DNA of 64,000 bases from Candidatus Levyibacteriota bacterium (GCA_052034235.1 JBPOIT010000009.1:136203-200202), one strand, 5' to 3'. Shown: positions 48,473 to 59,462, numbered from the stretch's first letter. Notes: generated by a model from the letters alone, not told the origin. Made by a program: numbers and translations.

Positions 48473-48473
48473 T

Positions 48474-48890
48474 ATGTTAATGCCAAGAAGACAAAAGTAT
48501 CGAAAACAACAACGTGGAACGCAAAAGGGTAATGCGACTCGTGGAACAAAGCTTTCATTTGGTGAGTTCGGTATTTTAACAACAACGACCGGTTGGATTT
48601 CCAGTCGTCAGATAGAGTCGGCAAGACGTGCAATTACACATTATACTGCACGTGGTGGGAGACTTTGGATAATGATTTTTCCGGACAAGCCGATCTCAAA
48701 GAAACCACCGGAAGTGAGAATGGGTGGAGGAAAAGGTGATACAGCAGAATTTGTAGCTCCTGTAAAACCAGGACGTATAATGTTTGAAATGTCTGGTGTA
48801 TCGCGAGAAATGGCTGTTGAAGCACTGAGACGTGCATCACACAAATTGCCTGTTAAAACAAGAATTATTGTAAAAGGAGAAGCACTCTAA
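48474..48890 (+). CDS. rplP: 50S ribosomal protein L16
   Basis: RMGGGKG, HKLP. Confidence 0.98.
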   Translation: MLMPRRQKYRKQQRGTQKGNATRGTKLSFGEFGILTTTTGWISSRQIESARRAITHYTARGGRLWIMIFPDKPISKKPPEVRMGGGKGDTAEFVAPVKPGRIMFEMSGVSREMAVEALRRASHKLPVKTRIIVKGEAL

Positions 48891-48891
48891 C

Positions 48892-49212
48892 ATGAAAATT
48901 AACGATAAAAAAGAATTACATACAAAAAGCGCAGCTGAGCTAAGGAAAATGCTCAAAGATGGACATGAATTATTGATGTCACTCAAGCTTGATCGAGAAC
49001 AGAATAAACTGAAAAATACACGAGGTATGTTTAACACAAGAAAGAATATTGCAATTATTAAAACAATCCTTAACGGAAAGGAGGAAACAGTTCAAGTTAA
49101 AGATCAAACATCAGATCTTAAAAAAGAAGCAGTTCTTAAAGAAGAAGTTGCAGCTGAGCCAAAAAAAGCTCCAGCAAAAAAAGCAACAGTTAAGAAAGCA
49201 GCAGCTAAGTAA
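48892..49212 (+). CDS. rpmC: 50S ribosomal protein L29 with K/A-rich extension
   Basis: Operon position; RKNIAIIKTIL. Confidence 0.9.
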   Translation: MKINDKKELHTKSAAELRKMLKDGHELLMSLKLDREQNKLKNTRGMFNTRKNIAIIKTILNGKEETVQVKDQTSDLKKEAVLKEEVAAEPKKAPAKKATVKKAAAK

Positions 49213-49256
49213 TTTAAGATTTAATCTTTATTTTTAATTTGACAGAAAGAAAAACT

Positions 49257-49499
49257 ATGGCAGCAAAAATATTATCAGGAAAAGTAACATCAGTTAAAAT
49301 GCAGGACACTATTTTGGTAGAGGTTACGAGGCGTGTTCCACACCCTCTCTACAGAAAATTGCTGAGAAAATCAAAGCAGTTTAAAGTAGATACCAAAGGA
49401 CAAGAAGTGCCTGAGATTGGTAAGACAGTAAAAATTATTGAAATAAAACCAATTTCAAAAACCAAACATTTTAAATTGGTAGAAGTGGAGAAGAAATAA
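49257..49499 (+). CDS. rpsQ: 30S ribosomal protein S17
   Basis: [14 protein letters not shown]. Confidence 0.97.
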   Translation: MAAKILSGKVTSVKMQDTILVEVTRRVPHPLYRKLLRKSKQFKVDTKGQEVPEIGKTVKIIEIKPISKTKHFKLVEVEKK

Positions 49500-49503
49500 C
49501 ACT

Positions 49504-49878
49504 ATGGTACAACTAAGAAGTATATTAGTCGCAGCAGATAATTCTGGAGCAAAAGAGCTTAATGTGATCCATATTTTTCCAGGATCACACAAAAAGTTCG
49601 GGCGGATTGGTGATATCATCAACGCGGTCGTTAAGACAGCTGTCCCTCATGGACAGGTTAAAGACGGTGAAATTGTTAAATGTGTTATAGTACGTACTCG
49701 TAAAGAAGTAAAACGTGCAGATGGCTCATATATCAGATTCTCAGATAACGCAGCAGTTGTTATTGATAACATGAAAGATAAAAATCCACGAGGCACACGT
49801 ATCTTTGGCCCTATCGCCAGAGAGGTCCGTGACCGAGGATTTATGAAGATTGCCAGTATGGCAACAGAAGTTGTTTAA
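49504..49878 (+). CDS. rplN: 50S ribosomal protein L14
   Basis: ADNSGAK, GTRIFGP. Confidence 0.98.
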   Translation: MVQLRSILVAADNSGAKELNVIHIFPGSHKKFGRIGDIINAVVKTAVPHGQVKDGEIVKCVIVRTRKEVKRADGSYIRFSDNAAVVIDNMKDKNPRGTRIFGPIAREVRDRGFMKIASMATEVV

Positions 49879-49882
49879 TATT

Positions 49883-50191
49883 ATGAAATTACGTACAGGA
49901 GATACAGTTAAAATACTAAAGGGTAAAGACAGCGGCAGAACTGGAAAAGTTGAGAAAGTTTTTCCAAAAGAAGCTAAAGTGCTTGTTGAAGGCGTGAACC
50001 AATTTAAGAGACACGTAAAAGCAAAAGCTCAAGGCCAAAAGTCAGAAATTATTACATTGACGAAACCATTGTCAGCATCAAATGTCATGCTGCAGTGTCC
50101 AAAATGCAAAAAGCCGACACGTGTCGGATATAAAATCCTGAAAGATGGTAATAAGACGAGATTCTGCAAGAAATGCAGTGCAGAAGTATAA
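49883..50191 (+). CDS. rplX: 50S ribosomal protein L24
   Basis: KOW motif GDTV..GKD.G; VEGVN. Confidence 0.96.
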   Translation: MKLRTGDTVKILKGKDSGRTGKVEKVFPKEAKVLVEGVNQFKRHVKAKAQGQKSEIITLTKPLSASNVMLQCPKCKKPTRVGYKILKDGNKTRFCKKCSAEV

Positions 50192-50195
50192 AACT

Positions 50196-50753
50196 ATGAC
50201 AGACACACAAGAAACATTTTTTACAAAAGAATTTGCACCAAAGTTACAAAAAAGCTTGGGTATTAAAAACGTCATGGCACTTCCACGACTCACAAAGATT
50301 GTCGTAAACATGGGTGTTAAGGATGCGATTGGTGATAAGAAAAACATTGAAAAAATGGCTCAGAATTTGGGCATTATCACTGGACAAAAAGCAAAGGTAA
50401 CTCGTGCGAAAAAAGCTATCGCTGGATTCAAACTTCGCCAAGGTGATGCGATCGGTTTGGTTGTCACGATCCGTGGTAAGAGAATGTATGCCTTTTACGA
50501 CAAACTCGTTAAAGTTGTTTTGCCTCGTATTAAAGATTTTCGAGGAGTACGCCGAACAAGTTTTGATGTTCAGGGTAATTACACATTGGGTCTTTATGAA
50601 TATTCAGTTTTTCCTGAAATTGATCCAGGAAGTGTTGAAAGGCTGCAAGGCATGGAAATTGTCTTTGTAACAAGTGCACGAACCAAAGAAGAAGGACTTG
50701 CTCTTCTTGAAGCACTTGGGATGCCGTTTACAAAAGAAGCGAAGCAAGCATAA
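50196..50753 (+). CDS. rplE: 50S ribosomal protein L5
   Basis: KIVVNMG, PRIKDFRG. Confidence 0.97.
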   Translation: MTDTQETFFTKEFAPKLQKSLGIKNVMALPRLTKIVVNMGVKDAIGDKKNIEKMAQNLGIITGQKAKVTRAKKAIAGFKLRQGDAIGLVVTIRGKRMYAFYDKLVKVVLPRIKDFRGVRRTSFDVQGNYTLGLYEYSVFPEIDPGSVERLQGMEIVFVTSARTKEEGLALLEALGMPFTKEAKQA

Positions 50754-50811
50754 ATCGTGGGAAGTATGATATAATCCCAAGGCTAGAAATTCTTTACACA
50801 TTTAAAAAAAT

Positions 50812-50997
50812 ATGGCAAAAGTATCAGACATAGTAAAATTTAACAAAAAACAGAAATTTGCAACCCGCATGGTTAATCGCTGCGGTATCTGCGGCCGTTC
50901 ACGGGCGTATATTAGACGATTTGGTCTTTGCAGAATTTGTTTCCGAGAGCAAGCAAATAAAGGCGTGCTTCCCGGTATCTATAAAGCAACTTGGTAA
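50812..50997 (+). CDS. rpsN: 30S ribosomal protein S14 (zinc-binding type)
   Basis: [15 protein letters not shown]. Confidence 0.97.
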   Translation: MAKVSDIVKFNKKQKFATRMVNRCGICGRSRAYIRRFGLCRICFREQANKGVLPGIYKATW

Positions 50998-51003
50998 ACT
51001 ATT

Positions 51004-51393
51004 ATGAATTATTCAGTCGGTGATTTCGTTATACAATTAAAAAATGCGGCAATGGCACGTAAACGTGAAGTGCAGGTCCCGTATTCAAATATCGCTAAGG
51101 CGATTTCAAAAGTCTTGATTAAAGAAGGCTTTGTTGAAACGGTGAGTGAAGAGAAAGACGGCGTCAAGCGTACGCTCGTTGTGAAACTCAGATATCAGCG
51201 CAGAAAACCATCAATAACTGACGTGAGGTTAATTTCAAAACCTTCACTGCGTGCATATCTTCCTGCAAAAGAAATTGGTGCATCACAAGGCAGATCAGCA
51301 ACAGCAATCCTTTCAACCAACGTGGGTATTCTCACAGGCAAGGATGCTATTAAAAAAGGCGTTGGCGGAGAATTGATATTTAAGATCTGGTAA
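51004..51393 (+). CDS. rpsH: 30S ribosomal protein S8
   Basis: ISKPSLR, GVGGE. Confidence 0.97.
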   Translation: MNYSVGDFVIQLKNAAMARKREVQVPYSNIAKAISKVLIKEGFVETVSEEKDGVKRTLVVKLRYQRRKPSITDVRLISKPSLRAYLPAKEIGASQGRSATAILSTNVGILTGKDAIKKGVGGELIFKIW

Positions 51394-51409
51394 ATGGAGA
51401 AATATATTT

Positions 51410-51961
51410 ATGTCAAAAATAGGAAAATTACCAATTACATTAGCAAATGGCGTATCAGTAGCGATACAAGGTGACCAGGCACAGGTAAATGGTCCTAAAG
51501 GAAATGTGTCATACACAATTCCAGCAGGTATTGTTGTAGCTGTGGAAGAAGGAAGAGTTGTTGTCACTGCTGAAAATAAACAAGATAGAGCTGTGAGAGC
51601 ATTATTCGGACTGACACGCGCAAATCTTGCTAATATAATAAAGGGCGTTGATACAGGCTTTGAAAAGAAACTTGAGATGACCGGTGTCGGTTATCGAGCA
51701 GTAATGCAGGGTGCAATGCTGCAATTATCGTTAGGTTTTTCACATCCTGTGAAGTTCACACCTCCTGCGGGTATTACGCTCTCTGTTGTTGATAACGCAA
51801 TTATCGTAACAGGCAGTGATAAAATTGCAGTAGGCCAAATGGCTGCACTCATAAGAGCTGTTAAGCCACCAGAACCTTATAAAGGAAAAGGAATCAAATA
51901 CGCAGGAGAACATGTGAGGCGCAAGGCTGGTAAAGCAGCAAAAGCAGCTGGAGCAAAATAA
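51410..51961 (+). CDS. rplF: 50S ribosomal protein L6
   Basis: MSKIGK.PI, PEPYKGKGI. Confidence 0.98.
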   Translation: MSKIGKLPITLANGVSVAIQGDQAQVNGPKGNVSYTIPAGIVVAVEEGRVVVTAENKQDRAVRALFGLTRANLANIIKGVDTGFEKKLEMTGVGYRAVMQGAMLQLSLGFSHPVKFTPPAGITLSVVDNAIIVTGSDKIAVGQMAALIRAVKPPEPYKGKGIKYAGEHVRRKAGKAAKAAGAK

Positions 51962-51963
51962 GT

Positions 51964-52320
51964 ATGAATAACGTTAATAACAAATTAGCAAAAACACAAA
52001 GACAAACAAGGATAAGAAGTAAAATTACTAAAACTTCTGATCGCCCTCGTTTGAGTGTCTCACGCTCAAATAGATATGTTTTTGCGCAAATCATCGATAA
52101 GAATGGTAATGCAATTATCGGATTGTCAGAAAAAACATTAAAAGCGGATATTAAAAAGACAACGCCAATTGAGAGAGCACGTGAACTCGGAGCAGCAATA
52201 GCAAAAGTAGCACTTGAGAAAAAAGTAAAGGAAGTTGTTTTTGACAAAGGCAGTTATGCATACCACGGCCGTGTTAAAGCAGTCGCAGAAGGTGCACGAG
52301 AAGGAGGATTAAGTTTCTAA
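51964..52320 (+). CDS. rplR: 50S ribosomal protein L18
   Basis: RPRLSV.RS, YHGRVKA.AEGAR. Confidence 0.97.
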   Translation: MNNVNNKLAKTQRQTRIRSKITKTSDRPRLSVSRSNRYVFAQIIDKNGNAIIGLSEKTLKADIKKTTPIERARELGAAIAKVALEKKVKEVVFDKGSYAYHGRVKAVAEGAREGGLSF

Positions 52321-52321
52321 T

Positions 52322-52825
52322 ATGCAAAACAGAAATAGACAACAGAATTATCAGCAGACACCAAGCGAATTTGAAGAAAAGATCGTTCAAATCAACCGTG
52401 TCTCTAAAAAGACCAAAGGTGGTAACAAAGTAGGTTTTTCCGCACTTACTGTTGTTGGTGACAGAAAAGGCAAAGTTGGCGTTGGACTTGGAAAAGCACC
52501 TGACGTTGCAAGTGCAATCAGAAAAGGTATCTCCCAGGCAAAAAAACATATGATTGAAGTACCACTTGTTAACGGTACTATTCCATTTAGAATCGATATC
52601 AAATTGGGTGCAGCAAAAATCATGCTTAAACCAGCACCTCCAGGATCAGGTATTATTGCAGGTGGTGCAGTTCGTAACGTTGTGTCAGCAGCTGGCATTG
52701 TGAACATCTCAAGTAAAATGCTTGGAACGACCAATAAAATCAGTAACATCTATGCAACACTGGAAGCACTCAAGCGAGTAAGTGATCAAGCAGAACGAAC
52801 AAAAGAAAGGATTGTTAAAAAATAA
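52322..52825 (+). CDS. rpsE: 30S ribosomal protein S5
   Basis: RVSKKTKGG, IAGGAVR. Confidence 0.98.
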   Translation: MQNRNRQQNYQQTPSEFEEKIVQINRVSKKTKGGNKVGFSALTVVGDRKGKVGVGLGKAPDVASAIRKGISQAKKHMIEVPLVNGTIPFRIDIKLGAAKIMLKPAPPGSGIIAGGAVRNVVSAAGIVNISSKMLGTTNKISNIYATLEALKRVSDQAERTKERIVKK

Positions 52826-52834
52826 CACACACCT

Positions 52835-53275
52835 ATGGATTTATCGAATCTTAGCAAATTACCAACAAAGAAAAAGAGACGTCTAGGACAAGGACATGGT
52901 TCAGGTCGTGTCAAAACATCCGGGCGTGGTACAAAAGGTACAAAAGCTCGTTATCATGTGCCACTAGATTTTGAAGGTGGAGCATTACCACTCATGAAGC
53001 GTTTACCGTTTCTTCGCGGAAAAGGTAAATTTAAGTCAATCAAACCTAAGCAGGTCGTTGTATCGGCTGATTCGCTCAATGTCTTCCCAAAGAATGCAAC
53101 AGTTGATCGTGAAAGCTTAATCAAACAAAAACTCATTCCAGCAGAGACATCACGACATCAAGGTGTTAAAATATTAGCAGGTGAATCTTTAACCGTTGCT
53201 CTCACAGTGAAGGTGCAAGTTTCAAAGAGTGCAGCAGCACAAATTGAAAAAGCAGGCGGCAGCGTAGAACTGTAA
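52835..53275 (+). CDS. rplO: 50S ribosomal protein L15
   Basis: GHGSG..KTSGRG.KG, FEGG. Confidence 0.97.
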   Translation: MDLSNLSKLPTKKKRRLGQGHGSGRVKTSGRGTKGTKARYHVPLDFEGGALPLMKRLPFLRGKGKFKSIKPKQVVVSADSLNVFPKNATVDRESLIKQKLIPAETSRHQGVKILAGESLTVALTVKVQVSKSAAAQIEKAGGSVEL

Positions 53276-53280
53276 AATAG

Positions 53281-53374
53281 TTTTCAGTTTCTAATTTTCA
53301 ATTTTCAATCACAGCCCAAATGGTAATACGCAGTGAGCTATTGAAAATTCACTGAAAATCGTAAATTGAAAATT
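53281..53374. repeat. Heptamer-periodic inverted-repeat element (TTTTCAA)n...(TTGAAAA)n
   Basis: Four left heptamers and four complementary right heptamers between rplO and secY. Confidence 0.7.
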
Positions 53375-53376
53375 TC

Positions 53377-54669
53377 GTGAATAACTTTCTTAACACACTA
53401 AAAAGCAGCTTCAAATCACCCGAACTACGTAACAAGATTTTGTTTACGCTCGGCATTTTCCTCGTATTCCGTTTCTTAGCACATATCCCAGTTGCAGGTG
53501 TTGACCTTGAAGCAATTAAAAGTTTGTTTGCAGGCAACCAGTTCTTGGGCTTACTAAACATTTTTTCAGGAGGCACTCTGGCTAATTTCTCGATCATGGC
53601 CTTGGGTTTGAATCCATACATTAACGCTTCCATTATTGTGCAGCTGTTGACTATGGTGTTCCCTAAGCTTGAAGAATTGCAAAAAGAAGGAGAATCAGGA
53701 AGAAAAAAGCTTAGCCAATACACTCGTATTTTAACCATACCACTTGCTGTGCTTCAGGCAATCGGTATGTTTGCCCTTCTTCGAAGTCAAAGTATTATTG
53801 GTAATTTAGATCCATTGATGCTTATCTCATTTATTTTTACTATGGTTGCGGGAACGATGCTGCTTGTGTGGCTGGGAGAACTTATTACTGAGCGTGGTGT
53901 CGGGAATGGTATTTCTCTTCTTATCTTTGGTGGTATTGTCGGACAGCTACCTGTTGTTATCGGACAGACGCTTTCCACGGCTTCTGCAGAAACGATTGTG
54001 ACCTATGCACCGTTTATCGTTATGGCACTTGCCGTTATTGTGGGGATTATCGTTGTGAATGAAGCTACCAGGCAAATACCTGTACACTATGCAAGACGCC
54101 TTCGTGGGAACAGATCATCAAGTGGACAAAATACACATTTGCCGCTTCGCTTAAATCAAGCTGGTGTTATACCGATTATCTTTGCTGTCTCCATTGTGCT
54201 TTTGCCGTCACTTATCGCAGGAGTACTGCAGACATCATCAAACGAAGTTGCAAAAAATATTGCTCAACAGTTAAATATTTGGTTTAACCCATCGGGTCTA
54301 GGATACAACGTATTGTACTTCTTACTTGTCGTTGGTTTTACCTTTTTCTATACTGCAGTTGTTTTTAACCCCAAAAAGATTTCAGATGATATCCAAAAGT
54401 ATGGCGGCTTTATTCCTGGCATTAGACCAGGAACTCCTACTTCTCGTTACCTTAACTACATTTTGACACGCATTACGTTAGTTGGAGCCATGTTCTTAGG
54501 TTTAGTCGCTATATTGCCAGAAATCGCTCGAGTACTTACCGGAGTGCAAACAATGCTTTTAGGTGGTACAGGTATCCTTATTGTTGTCAGTGTGGCGCTT
54601 GAAACATATAAGCAAATTGAAGCAAATCTCGTTATGAGAAATTATGAAGGGTTTTTAGATAGAAAATGA
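53377..54669 (+). CDS. secY: Preprotein translocase SecY
   Basis: [36 protein letters not shown]. Confidence 0.99.
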   Translation: MNNFLNTLKSSFKSPELRNKILFTLGIFLVFRFLAHIPVAGVDLEAIKSLFAGNQFLGLLNIFSGGTLANFSIMALGLNPYINASIIVQLLTMVFPKLEELQKEGESGRKKLSQYTRILTIPLAVLQAIGMFALLRSQSIIGNLDPLMLISFIFTMVAGTMLLVWLGELITERGVGNGISLLIFGGIVGQLPVVIGQTLSTASAETIVTYAPFIVMALAVIVGIIVVNEATRQIPVHYARRLRGNRSSSGQNTHLPLRLNQAGVIPIIFAVSIVLLPSLIAGVLQTSSNEVAKNIAQQLNIWFNPSGLGYNVLYFLLVVGFTFFYTAVVFNPKKISDDIQKYGGFIPGIRPGTPTSRYLNYILTRITLVGAMFLGLVAILPEIARVLTGVQTMLLGGTGILIVVSVALETYKQIEANLVMRNYEGFLDRK

Positions 54670-55214
54670 AAATAGTACTTATCGGCATCCAAGGATCAGG
54701 AAAATCAACACAAGGCAATCTCTTAAGTGAGAAGCTTGGTGTACCATATCTTTCAACAGGACATATCTTCAGAAAAATGGCAAAAGAACAAACGAAGATT
54801 GGCCGGTATATTAAAGAAGTGATGAACGCAGGCTATCTCATTCCTGATGAAAAAACACTCAAAATTGTCGCTGAGTATTTGTCACGACCTGAATACGAAA
54901 AAGGCTACATTCTGGATGGGTTTCCACGCACGATAGCACAAGCGGAGTCTTTTGAAAATGGTATTGATAAAGTACTTTATCTGGATGTCTCTGATAAAGA
55001 ATCACATGCGAGAATTGCAGGTCGTCATGCAGACGGTGCGACACGTGAAGATGATACGGATAGTGCAATCAATAGACGCATTGAACTTTTTCATAAATTT
55101 ACCAAACCAGTCCTCGAGTTTTACGATAAAAAAGGTATTTTATCCACATTTAACGGTGAAGAGTCAATTGAAGATATTCACAAGAATATCATGAAGGTGT
55201 TTGACAACAAATAA
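54666..55214 (+). CDS. adk: Adenylate kinase (short LID)
   Basis: [19 protein letters not shown]. Confidence 0.95.
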   Translation: MKIVLIGIQGSGKSTQGNLLSEKLGVPYLSTGHIFRKMAKEQTKIGRYIKEVMNAGYLIPDEKTLKIVAEYLSRPEYEKGYILDGFPRTIAQAESFENGIDKVLYLDVSDKESHARIAGRHADGATREDDTDSAINRRIELFHKFTKPVLEFYDKKGILSTFNGEESIEDIHKNIMKVFDNK

Positions 55215-55219
55215 CGTCT

Positions 55220-55912
55220 ATGCCACAAGGATTTGCAATTGCTATTGATGGACCTGTCGCTTCGGGGAAAGGCACAATAGCACAGCGGCTTTCCCAGGAC
55301 TTACATGGATTTTATCTCTATTCTGGAGGCATGTATCGGGCTGTAGCGCTTGCATGTATAACAGGTGGCTATGATGTGACAAATCCCGAACAGGTAATTC
55401 GTGCACTGGCAAAGTCTGATATACGAGTTGGTCCTGAACATCAGGTTATGTTAAATGGGCAGGACGTTACTGACAGGATTAAAGAGTCAGATACAGCAAG
55501 CGGTGGCTCAATCATAGCGGTCATACCGCATGTGAGAAAAATTCTTGTCAAAAAGCAGCAAGAGCTTGCACATGAGGCTATCTCTCAAGGGCAAATCGTT
55601 GTCGCAGAGGGCCGTGATACAGGTACAGTTGTTTTACCTGATGCAGCAGTCAAAATCTTTTTAACTGCATCGCCTGAAGTACGAGCGAGAAGAAGACTAG
55701 CTCAGTATAAAGAACCTGAATCAGAACTCGCAGCAATGATTGCGACGATTAAAGAACGGGATGAACGTGATACGGGACGAAAAATTGATCCGTTACCAAC
55801 ACGTCCTGAGGAATTAGGATATGTCATTATCGATAATTCGAATATGACAGAAGATGAAACAATCAATGCGATAGAGCAAGAACTGAAAAAGAAAACATTG
55901 ATAACAAAATAA
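55220..55912 (+). CDS. cmk: Cytidylate kinase
   Basis: IDGPVASGKGT, EGRD.GTVV.PDA..K.FLTAS. Confidence 0.95.
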   Translation: MPQGFAIAIDGPVASGKGTIAQRLSQDLHGFYLYSGGMYRAVALACITGGYDVTNPEQVIRALAKSDIRVGPEHQVMLNGQDVTDRIKESDTASGGSIIAVIPHVRKILVKKQQELAHEAISQGQIVVAEGRDTGTVVLPDAAVKIFLTASPEVRARRRLAQYKEPESELAAMIATIKERDERDTGRKIDPLPTRPEELGYVIIDNSNMTEDETINAIEQELKKKTLITK

Positions 55913-55922
55913 AACTAAACGT

Positions 55923-56687
55923 ATGATTCATATTAAAACACAAGAAGAAATAGAAATAATGCAACATGGAGGGAAAATCCTTTCAGATGTGTTGTGGGAA
56001 GTCATGCATGCAATTAAGCCTGGTGTGACTGAAGATGAGTTAGATAAACTCGCTGAAAAACTCATTCTTGCCAGAGGTGGAGAACCAGGTTTTAAAAAAG
56101 TCCACGGTTATAAGCACACGATTTGCGCATCAACAAATGATGTTGTTGTGCACGGCATTCCAAATCACATCAAATTTAAAGCAGGAGACGTCGTAGGAGT
56201 AGATTGTGGTGTTTATTATAAAGGGTTTCATACTGATATGGCCGAAACCAGAATTGTCCCAGGAGGCAAAGGTGAAGCACTAAAGGAAATCGAGTCATTT
56301 TTGGAAATTGGAAAAAACGGTATGCTTGAAGCAATTAAAATGGCAATTCCTGGAAATAGAGTTGGACATATCTCAAAAAAAATGCAGGATATTGTTGAAA
56401 AACAAGGCGGTTACAGTATTGTTCGAAGTCTTATCGGGCATGGTGTCGGACGAGAACTGCATGAAGCACCAGAAGTGCCAGGCTATTTAGCCCAGCCAAT
56501 TGAGCGAACGCCGCTTCTTAAAGTTGGTATGACCATTGCGATTGAGGCTATTTATAATATTGGACACAAAGATGTCATGCTTGATCCCGACGGCTGGACG
56601 ATCAGAACCCGGGACGGAAAAATGGCTGGACTGTTTGAAAGATCAATTGTAATTACCAAAGACGGCCCGGTATTATTGACGCCATAA
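55923..56687 (+). CDS. map: Methionine aminopeptidase type I
   Basis: VHGIP, HTDMA, GHGVG..LHE.P. Confidence 0.96.
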   Translation: MIHIKTQEEIEIMQHGGKILSDVLWEVMHAIKPGVTEDELDKLAEKLILARGGEPGFKKVHGYKHTICASTNDVVVHGIPNHIKFKAGDVVGVDCGVYYKGFHTDMAETRIVPGGKGEALKEIESFLEIGKNGMLEAIKMAIPGNRVGHISKKMQDIVEKQGGYSIVRSLIGHGVGRELHEAPEVPGYLAQPIERTPLLKVGMTIAIEAIYNIGHKDVMLDPDGWTIRTRDGKMAGLFERSIVITKDGPVLLTP

Positions 56688-56739
56688 TAGATTGATATAG
56701 AATGTTGCTCTTTTGAGCCTAGTTTGCTATAATCGTTCA

Positions 56740-56958
56740 ATGGCTCACCAAGGGTCTTTCGAAAAAGACGGAATTGTACGAGAAGCACTGCCTAATACGC
56801 TGTTTAGAGTTGAACTTGACGACGGGTCAGTCGTTCTCTGCCATCTCTCAGGTAAAATGCGAATGCACTTTATAAAAATCCTTCCTGGGGATAAAGTGCG
56901 TATAGAGATGACTCCGTATGATCAGGATCGCGGTAGAATCATGTATCGATATAAATAA
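56740..56958 (+). CDS. infA: Translation initiation factor IF-1
   Basis: [18 protein letters not shown]. Confidence 0.98.
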   Translation: MAHQGSFEKDGIVREALPNTLFRVELDDGSVVLCHLSGKMRMHFIKILPGDKVRIEMTPYDQDRGRIMYRYK

Positions 56959-56970
56959 TGGGGAATAACT

Positions 56971-57084
56971 ATGAAAGTACAAGCAAGTGTCAAAAAAAGA
57001 TGTCTTAAATGCAAAATTATCCGCAGACGCGGAGTTGTTCGCGTTACATGCGAAAATCCAAGACATAAACAAAGACAAGGATAA
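56971..57084 (+). CDS. rpmJ: 50S ribosomal protein L36 (not in ORF track)
   Basis: Hand-translated [37 protein letters not shown]. Confidence 0.97.
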   Translation: MKVQASVKKRCLKCKIIRRRGVVRVTCENPRHKQRQG

Positions 57085-57087
57085 ATT

Positions 57088-57495
57088 ATGAGAGTAGTAG
57101 GAGTAAACTTACCAGACGAAAAGAGAATTGATATCGCATTGACGTATATCTATGGCATAGGCAGAAGTAATGTTTTGCCAGTTTTGAAAGAAGCAAATAT
57201 TGATGTCGCAACACGAACAAAGAATTTAACAGAAGATGAAGTAAAACGTCTGACACGAGCTCTGGATCCTTACAAGATCGAAGGAGACTTGCGAGCAGAG
57301 ATTGCAACAAATGTAAGACGACTGAAGGATATAGGCAGTTATCGTGGCAAACGACATGCACAAGGTCTGCCATCACGTGGACAGAGAACTCGATCAAACG
57401 CACGTACAAAGAGAGGCAAGAGAGTAACCATCGGTGCAGTCAAGAAAGAGGTAATGGCAAAGATGGAAGCAGCCCAGAAAGCAAAGGGCAAGTAA
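57088..57495 (+). CDS. rpsM: 30S ribosomal protein S13
   Basis: LTYIYGIG, RGQRTRSNART. Confidence 0.98.
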   Translation: MRVVGVNLPDEKRIDIALTYIYGIGRSNVLPVLKEANIDVATRTKNLTEDEVKRLTRALDPYKIEGDLRAEIATNVRRLKDIGSYRGKRHAQGLPSRGQRTRSNARTKRGKRVTIGAVKKEVMAKMEAAQKAKGK

Positions 57496-57499
57496 ACCT

Positions 57500-57904
57500 A
57501 TGGCAAAGCAAACCAAAAAAACAAATAAAGTAACAAAAAAGAAATCAGCACTTAATGTGACTGAACATGGACGTGTATATATTACATCAACCTTTAATAA
57601 TACACTCGTTACAGTAACGAACGATAAAGGTGACACGCTCGGTTGGAGTAGTGCTGGAGCGAAAGGTTTTAAAGGCGCACGTAAATCAACACCATACGCT
57701 GCAAACATGGCAGTAGAGGATGTTGTTAAGAAAATTGTCGAACAGGGACTCAAGACAGCCGATGTTTTTGTGAAAGGACCTGGATCGGGTCGTGATTCAT
57801 CACTCAGAGGTATCAAAAACGCAGGAGTTGTGATTTCATCAATTGAAGATGTTACGCCAATGCCACATAATGGACCAAGGGCAAAGAATAGGAGAAGAGT
57901 CTAA
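57500..57904 (+). CDS. rpsK: 30S ribosomal protein S11
   Basis: STFNNT, KSTPYAA, PHNG. Confidence 0.98.
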   Translation: MAKQTKKTNKVTKKKSALNVTEHGRVYITSTFNNTLVTVTNDKGDTLGWSSAGAKGFKGARKSTPYAANMAVEDVVKKIVEQGLKTADVFVKGPGSGRDSSLRGIKNAGVVISSIEDVTPMPHNGPRAKNRRRV

Positions 57905-57908
57905 TACT

Positions 57909-58511
57909 ATGGGAAGATATACTGGACCAAAACATAAATTAGCAAGACGTGAAGGTGTAAACCTGCTTGAAAAAACATCAGGAAGTCTCATGAGACGACT
58001 GAATGTCCCACCAGGTGTCCACGGCAGACGTGGAAAGCGTCGTCCATCAGAATTTGGAGCACAGCTTCGTGAGAAACAAAAGGCAAAGGTAATGTACGGC
58101 ATGTACGAGAGACAGTTCAAAAAAATCGTTGCTGAAGCAACTCGTCAAACAGGAGATACAGAAGAACTGTTGCTGTCACTTTTGGAACGAAGACTCGATA
58201 ATATTGTGTATCGTCTTGGTTTCGCATCATCTCGTATGATGGCACGCCAAACAGTTACCCATGGACATATTCTAGTTAATGACAAAAAAATGTCTATCCC
58301 TTCCTATACAGTTAATGAAGGTGATACAATAACACTTGGCGGCAAAATGCAAAAGAATCCAGATGTCGTCAAATTATTTGCTGAAAAAGTAGAGACAGCA
58401 ACATTCTTAGAAAAGAAGGGACCTGTAGGAAAACTTAAGAGGATTCCAAAAGCAGACGATATTCAGGCACCTTTTAATACAAGACAGATTATTGAATATT
58501 ATTCAAGATAG
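57909..58511 (+). CDS. rpsD: 30S ribosomal protein S4
   Basis: MGRYTGP, LERRLDNIVYRLG, IIEYYSR. Confidence 0.98.
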   Translation: MGRYTGPKHKLARREGVNLLEKTSGSLMRRLNVPPGVHGRRGKRRPSEFGAQLREKQKAKVMYGMYERQFKKIVAEATRQTGDTEELLLSLLERRLDNIVYRLGFASSRMMARQTVTHGHILVNDKKMSIPSYTVNEGDTITLGGKMQKNPDVVKLFAEKVETATFLEKKGPVGKLKRIPKADDIQAPFNTRQIIEYYSR

Positions 58512-58529
58512 TGATATAATAGGGATCTT

Positions 58530-59456
58530 ATGGATGACTTTAACTTTAAAGTAAAAGAAATAACAACCGCCGAAGACTTCGGTGAGTTTGTCATTGAACC
58601 GTTAGAACCGGGCTATGGACACACAATGGGAAATGCTTTGAGACGTGTGCTTTACACATCGATCGCAGGAGCAGCAGTTACCAGTGTTCGTATTACTGGT
58701 GTCAAACACAAGTTCTCAACCCTTACCGGTTTGAAAGAGAATATCATTGACTTGCTCTTAAACATTAAAGAACTTAACATCAAACTTCTTGATGATCGCC
58801 CAAATGCAACCATCAAACTTTCAGTTAAAGGACCAAAACAAATTACAGCAGCTGACCTTGAAGTAACAGATGGTGTTGAAATTGTTAACAAAGATCAATA
58901 CATCGGTTCACTTTCAGGTGATAAATCAAAACTTGAAATGGAACTTACCGTCGAAAGAGGTATGGGTTATTCACTCGCAGAAGAAAGACGTGCTTCAGCA
59001 CTCGGTGTTATCACCTCAGATGCAGTGTTTACACCAATTCGTCGTGTTACTTATGAAGTCTCAGCAACCCGTGTTGGTCGCCGAACTGATCTTGACAAGG
59101 TAATTCTTAAGATTTGGACAAATGGTACAGTCGCACCAGCAGATGCTCTTCAGAACGCAGCAAAGATATTAACATCTTTCTTCCAACAAGTGCATGAGCC
59201 AAAAGCTTCAGATGCAGTTGCAGAAGGTCCAACACCTACCAGTACCGTTCCACAAAATGTGCTTAAAATGACAATTGACGAACTTGATCTTCCTACCCGG
59301 ATCTACAATAGTTTGAGAAACGGTGGAATTGAAACAATTGAACAGCTGCTCAGCGCACCACGCAAAGATTTAATCTCCATGAGAAACATGGGAGGCAAAT
59401 CAATCTCAGTCATTGAAGAAAAACTACAAGAAAAAGGAATCAGCTTAAATATTTAA
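58530..59456 (+). CDS. rpoA: RNA polymerase alpha subunit
   Basis: PLEPGYGHTMGNALRR; alpha-CTD. Confidence 0.98.
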   Translation: MDDFNFKVKEITTAEDFGEFVIEPLEPGYGHTMGNALRRVLYTSIAGAAVTSVRITGVKHKFSTLTGLKENIIDLLLNIKELNIKLLDDRPNATIKLSVKGPKQITAADLEVTDGVEIVNKDQYIGSLSGDKSKLEMELTVERGMGYSLAEERRASALGVITSDAVFTPIRRVTYEVSATRVGRRTDLDKVILKIWTNGTVAPADALQNAAKILTSFFQQVHEPKASDAVAEGPTPTSTVPQNVLKMTIDELDLPTRIYNSLRNGGIETIEQLLSAPRKDLISMRNMGGKSISVIEEKLQEKGISLNI

Positions 59457-59462
59457 TTTAGT

